Positions 61,863 to 64,000 of a stretch of DNA of 64,000 nucleotides are shown in pieces. The notes beneath the pieces are model-generated. The model was not told where the DNA came from. It searched no databases and was given only the letters and a program-made list of their open reading frames with translations. The position numbers and the translations under genes were made by a program. The first letter of the stretch is position 1. The number at the start of each line of letters is the position of its first letter. Source of the DNA: Octopus vulgaris. Lineage: Eukaryota. The DNA lies in assembly GCA_951406725.2 (NCBI GenBank), contig OX597814.1, forward strand, positions 165,416,001 to 165,480,000, written 5' to 3'.

Positions 61863-62271
61863 TAGATATACAGACACTTTGTTAAATCAAAGACAAATGA
61901 CTACAGCAAATATTGGATGTCACTTACACTTTTCATTATCACACAAGGATAAAATTAACATGCAAGTGTCTGAGTACTCCACAGATATACATACCATTAA
62001 TGTAGTTCTCAGGAAGATTCAGCCTCACACAGAATGTGACAAAGCTGGTTCCTTTGAATTACAGCTACAACTCCTTTTGGTCGGTTGAGTAGACTTGAGC
62101 AAGATAAACCTTCAAGTGGTTGAAAGAAAAAGAATAAAGATCTTACATTGGGGCAGGAAAATCTTTTTAGTTGTTAGGGTCACTATGGGTGTTAAACCGG
62201 TCCTAACAGTGGCATTCATGAGTCTCACAGATCTGGAGGTCCAATTCCCTAGATAAACACCAATGTGCAGG

Positions 62272-62430
62272 CTGTTGCTATTGTTGTTGTTGTTGTTAAG
62301 CAACAAGATGGGTTAGGGTGATTAGGTGATGGTCTAGGGATTAGGGGCGGGAGACCCCAGTCCTTGGAAAAAAAAACAACTTTTGTCGTCTTGTTGTAGT
62401 CGAGGGCTCTTCATTGACACCCGACACCAT
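62272..62430 (-). repeat. Inverted copy of the 112-270 repeat
   Basis: Reverse-complement match. Confidence 0.8.
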
Positions 62431-62596
62431 TCTTGAATGGCAGGCTGTTGTTATGAAACTGAGTGTGAGTTGAGGGTGAGGACACTACATGATGGAATAG
62501 CAACTATATCACTGCTTATACTAAATACAACATTTTTGCCTTATGACATGGAACATTTCCTTTCCTTTCACTCTTATTAAAAAATGACACCCCATT

Positions 62597-62910
62597 GCTT
62601 ACAACAATGAGGTTCCTGTTTATCTGATCAATGGAACAGTCTACCCGTAAAATTAATGCGCAAGTGGTGACTGAATACTCTACAGACATGCATACCATTA
62701 ACGTAGTTCTCAATGAGATTCAGCCTTGTCACAGAATGTGACAAGGTTGGCCCCTTTGAATTACAACAACTCATTTTTGCCAGCTGAGTGAACTGTAGCA
62801 AGGTGAAGTAGAGTGCCTTGCGCAAGAACACAACATGCCGTCGGGAATCGTACCCATGACTTTACAATCATGGGCTAAATACCTCTAATCACTGAGCCAT
62901 GCACCTTCAC
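62597..62910 (-). mobile_element. CORE-like SINE with the tail shared with the tRNA-Arg-like family
   Basis: Homologous to 16497-16820. Confidence 0.75.
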
Positions 62911-63721
62911 TCTCTTAACCATAAAGAAAAGTAGTGAAGCGATAGAGACAGGAAAAGGAAAGCCTCAGTCATTTAAGATGACAATTAGACTGAAATACAA
63001 TCAATCTTTTCTAGCTTCTTTACTTTTAATGATGAAGAAGAGGGAAAGAGATTTAGTAATGAATAGAGGGAAAATCTTTCAGGTGTTTAGGTTTTCATTC
63101 TGGGAGTTCAAGAATGATTGACTGTTAGTTCTCTCTTCTTTCCTCCATTGCCGATACTTATTCGCCTTGTTCGATAGTTCTCCATGTCTTTTAGTTGCGG
63201 GGAAAGACTATTTTTAACATTTTATCTACAAACTACAAACAAGTCCCACTCCCATTTTTTTCTCTCCATTGAAAAGCTAATGCAAATTTCAAACTGGGTA
63301 TAGCTGTGAAAAGAGCTCAGAAAAATGGGTAATACCCATTACAAAATGGGTGAAGGAGGAAAGTTGGCAACAGGTGGGTACATGAAATTCAACTCTATAG
63401 AGTGTCTTCTACTATAGACTCAGATTGACCAAAGCCTTGTGAGTGGATTTGGTAGATGGAAACTGAAAGAAGACCATTGTATATATGTGTGTGTGTGTGT
63501 GTGTGTTTGTGTCTGTGTTTGCATCCCCATAACTTAGTGGTTCAGCAGAAGAGACTTATAGAATAAGCACCAGGCTTACAGGGAATAAGTCCAGGGTCAA
63601 CTAAAGGGCAGTGCACCAGCATGGCCATGGTCAAATAACTGAAACAGCTAGTCATGTAATATTACATAGTTGCAATTATAATTTTACTAGTTTTCAAATT
63701 CCATGATGTTCATGCAAAATT

Positions 63722-64000
63722 ATCATCATCATCGTATAGCATCCTCTTTCCATGCTGGCATGGGTTGGACAATTTGACATGGAGCTGACCAGCAGGGGGC
63801 TGTCCAGACTCCAACTATCTGTTATAGCATGGTTTCTACAGCTAGATGCCCTTCTTAATACCAACCATTTAACAGAGTGTGCTGAGTGCTTTTTACATGC
63901 CACAGGCACAAGTGCATTTATGTGACACCAGCATGGGTGCTTTTTAAGTGGCACTGGCACCTGAAGGACAAGCCTGTATATGTGGAAGACAGGGATTCTA
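63722..64000 (-). mobile_element. RTE LINE 3' end fragment
   Basis: (CAT)n, ccatgctggcatgggttggac and ctagatgcccttcttaataccaacc blocks. Confidence 0.75.

Noticed and set aside
62308-62352. Interstitial telomere
   Set aside because: Only a few degenerate TTAGG(G) units, embedded in an interspersed repeat.

Overview
AT-rich, repeat-dense eukaryotic animal DNA. The SINE/LINE repertoire and abundant (TA)n microsatellites resemble a coleoid cephalopod (Octopus-like) genome; this is an inference from recalled families, not a database hit. There is one convincing protein-coding region: an uninterrupted BTB-BACK-Kelch (KLHL-type) exon at 41381-43105 (+), preceded by a strong in-frame splice acceptor. 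The rest is mostly transposon-derived: a near full-length decayed RTE-clade LINE (43568-47540, -) carrying a probable solo LTR, many 3' fragments of that family, fragments of other RTE, R4/Dong-like and HERO-like LINEs, several modular tRNA-derived SINE families, Tc1/mariner, hAT, piggyBac-like and pogo-like remnants, a non-autonomous Helitron, and Penelope-like foldback pieces with hammerhead-ribozyme-like cores. Most short ORFs in the supplied track are artefacts of microsatellites or repeats. The most notable observations are an array of conserved-stem, variable-loop double-hairpin units in the RTE 3' UTR, hammerhead-like motifs in (TA)n-associated foldback elements, a Cys/His finger inserted inside the LINE RT region, and head/body/tail shuffling among SINEs that share tails with LINEs in the same window. 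Coordinates were read by eye and repeat boundaries are approximate.
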